Source: Diplonema japonicum (lineage: Eukaryota; Protista; Euglenozoa: Diplonemea). Taken from it: a DNA stretch of 64,000 nt. The stretch covers positions 186,001 through 250,000 of the forward strand of contig OZ025713.1 of assembly GCA_964019335.1 (NCBI GenBank). The letters are read 5' to 3'. The stretch's first letter is position 1. Every line of letters starts with the position of its first letter. Positions 51,401 to 54,400 of the stretch are shown here, piece after piece. The notes under the pieces are model-generated. The model was not told the origin of the DNA and made no database searches. It was given only the letters and a program-made list of their open reading frames with translations. A program made the translations under genes and the position numbers.

Positions 51401-54400
51401 CTGAAGGCGTGGTGATGTCAATGGTGTAGTAAGCATCACAGGAACCGGCACACACCGCCACGGCAGTGTCACCTTGTGCGCAAACATGCTGGACGGGGGA
51501 AGTAATGACTGTGCTGCTGATGTACATGCTTGTATCGCTGGCGACAAACACCACCATATCAGCGGTGGTCCCAATACCAAAGTAGCAGGTGGTGGACACT
51601 TCTTTGAGAAGCGTCATGCTGTTGATGTTGTTGCCGAACGGAACTGAAGTGTTGATGACTAGATTCGACGCAGAATAGACATACACCGTCTGCGTTGAGA
51701 ACTCGTGAGCAACGAGGAGCCACGATCCGCATGCCGCAGCGCGAAAGACAGCACTGCCGACTGAAAAACTATGTGCCGTAGTGAGAGCCAATGAAGGGCT
51801 TATCCCTGCGTAAAACTGGTACTTATATATACTGCTGCCGGTCACTATGTAGCTCACCTCGCTGCCGTCAGACGTTGCAGCATACGTGGTGCCTGTTGTG
51901 GTGATGGACGACGTGTTGCTGCCTGCGCTGGTCACCGAGGTTATCTGCGAGTCGCTTGTTATATAAAAATACTGACCGGAGTCCAACACATAAATCGACG
52001 ACGTCATTCCAAGGTCTGTGCTGTTGCTTCCCGTTGCATTCAGGTCGGAAACCCACGCAGTAGTACCATCCAAGACAACCCCGGTGGTCCCGATGGCAGC
52101 CACACCAGTGATATTCGTGAAGCTCTCTGTGTTGAATAACGTGTACGTGGAATCAGTGGGAGGGCTGTACGGGGGCAGCACAGGCGGGTCCACCGGAGGT
52201 GCAACATAAACAGGAGTCGCGACGGGGGTGAAAGTCACGTTGATCCTGTCGAACGTGAATAGGCTGCTTCCAGAGGCAACGGCAAGCTTGGTGGATGACA
52301 ATGCACAACCGATTGTGTCATTTGCTTCAGGCAGCATGTGTGTGGAAACCAAGGTCGCAGCTGAAGGCGTGGTGATGTCAATGGTGTAGTAAGCATCACA
52401 GGAACCGGCACACACCGCCACGGCAGTGTCACCTTGTGCGCAAACATGCTGGACGGGGGAAGTAATGACTGTGCTGCTGATGTACATGCTTGTATCGCTG
52501 GCGACAAACACCACCATATCAGCGGTGGTCCCAATACCAAAGTAGCAGGTGGTGGACACTTCTTTGAGAAGCGTCATGCTGTTGATGTTGTTGCCGAACG
52601 GAACTGAAGTGTTGATGACTAGATTCGACGCAGAATAGACATACACCGTCTGCGTTGAGAACTCGTGAGCAACGAGGAGCCACGATCCGCATGCCGCAGC
52701 GCGAAAGACAGCACTGCCGACTGAAAAACTATGTGCCGTAGTGAGAGCCAATGAAGGGCTTATCCCTGCGTAAAACTGGTACTTATATATACTGCTGCCG
52801 GTCACTATGTAGCTCACCTCGCTGCCGTCAGACGTTGCAGCATACGTGGTGCCTGTTGTGGTGATGGACGACGTGTTGCTGCCTGCGCTGGTCACCGAGG
52901 TTATCTGCGAGTCGCTTGTTATATAAAAATACTGACCGGAGTCCAACACATAAATCGATGACGTCATTCCAAGGTCTGTGCTGTTGCTTCCCGTTGCATT
53001 CAGGTCGGAAACCCACGCAGTAGTACCATCCAGAACAATTGCAATGGTCCCGATGGCAGCAACACGGGTGATATTGGTACTGAAACTCTCTGTGTTGAAT
53101 AACGTGTACGTGGAATCAGTGGGAGGGCTGTACGGGGGCAGCACTGGCGGGTCAACCGGAGGGGAAAAAGGAGGTTGGACCGGGGTTGGCAAGCTACGCG
53201 CCCACCAGTATAACTGAGAGTTAACTCCGACAAAGTAAAACTCAGTCCCAACCACAGTACTGACTGGTGTAAGTGACGATGGGTACGAGAGGGTGAAACG
53301 ATCGGTGAGCGCTGCAGGGTCGCTCGCATTCCACGCCTCACCACTGCTGCACGGGGTGGGATCGCAGACTGTAACGAGCATGTCATACCCATATGCAATC
53401 TTCTGCTGTGAGGTAACGGGGTATAATGTGCCTAATGCTTTAGTGCCTCCGGTCACTGAGAACAGCTGGACACCAGATGACACGGTGGCTGCAAAATAGT
53501 ATGTTCCTCCCTGTTCTGTCATGTAGGTTATAGACGTAGGTGTCATCGATGTGAATTGGTCTGTCTGGGTGATGCCACTCGAAGCATTGTACACATTGAC
53601 GTACGGGCCGTTTCCGATAACCAAAACACTGCCATCGCTCGACACCGCGACCAGGACAGGCGACGTGAGGCCAACTGAGAGCAAAGTGTCGGATGCCAGC
53701 GTCTCCGCGTTCAATTTCTCAATGCTGACCGTGTTTACAACGAAGATGTAGTTGCTCGCGTAAGCAGCCACGTCGGGGGTGAAGGACAACCCGCTATACA
53801 TCAATATGCCTGCAGTATCCAAAACGTAAATAACTGGCGAACTGGCTAGGTTGATGAGTACCCTTCCAGGGGAGAGCGGTGTTATACCGAGTGAGGTCTG
53901 TCCTAGGGGGATGTTAGCATAAGTCGTAAGACTTGCCCCAGTCGGCACAACATATACCCAGACGTAATTCTGCGAGGCGACCCACAAGTAGTCCCCTGAT
54001 TGCACCATGCCAGTGACAAATGTTGGAAAGCCTCCGGTGCCCGTGTACGATAAATCAGTCCCAGTGGATGAAGTCGGCTGCGGTGTGGGCACAGGAGTCG
54101 GTTCTGTTGTTGCAGACGCGGTGGTGTAGAGATGCATCCTGCTCTGCGTGACGACGATGTAGTGGCTGTCTGTCGCGAAGCTCGACACAGTCTCGTTGTC
54201 GGAGTCAGGTATATCATAAACCCCACGTAACGACGGCCGTTCGTTAAACGTGACATCGATGACAACGAATTGAGAGCACGACCCATAGCACAAACCGTAC
54301 ACGTCTGTTCCAACCGTTCTCCATTCCCTGGTGGTTGCGGTGTTCCATGAAAACGAAAGCGATGACACAAGGGTGTAGGTGTACGGGGTCGGAACAATAT

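Noticed and set aside
45600-53160. CRISPR array or non-coding satellite interpretation of the tandem repeats
   Set aside because: The periods are 930 and 960 bp, in frame, inside a eukaryotic CDS, with no short repeat-spacer structure.
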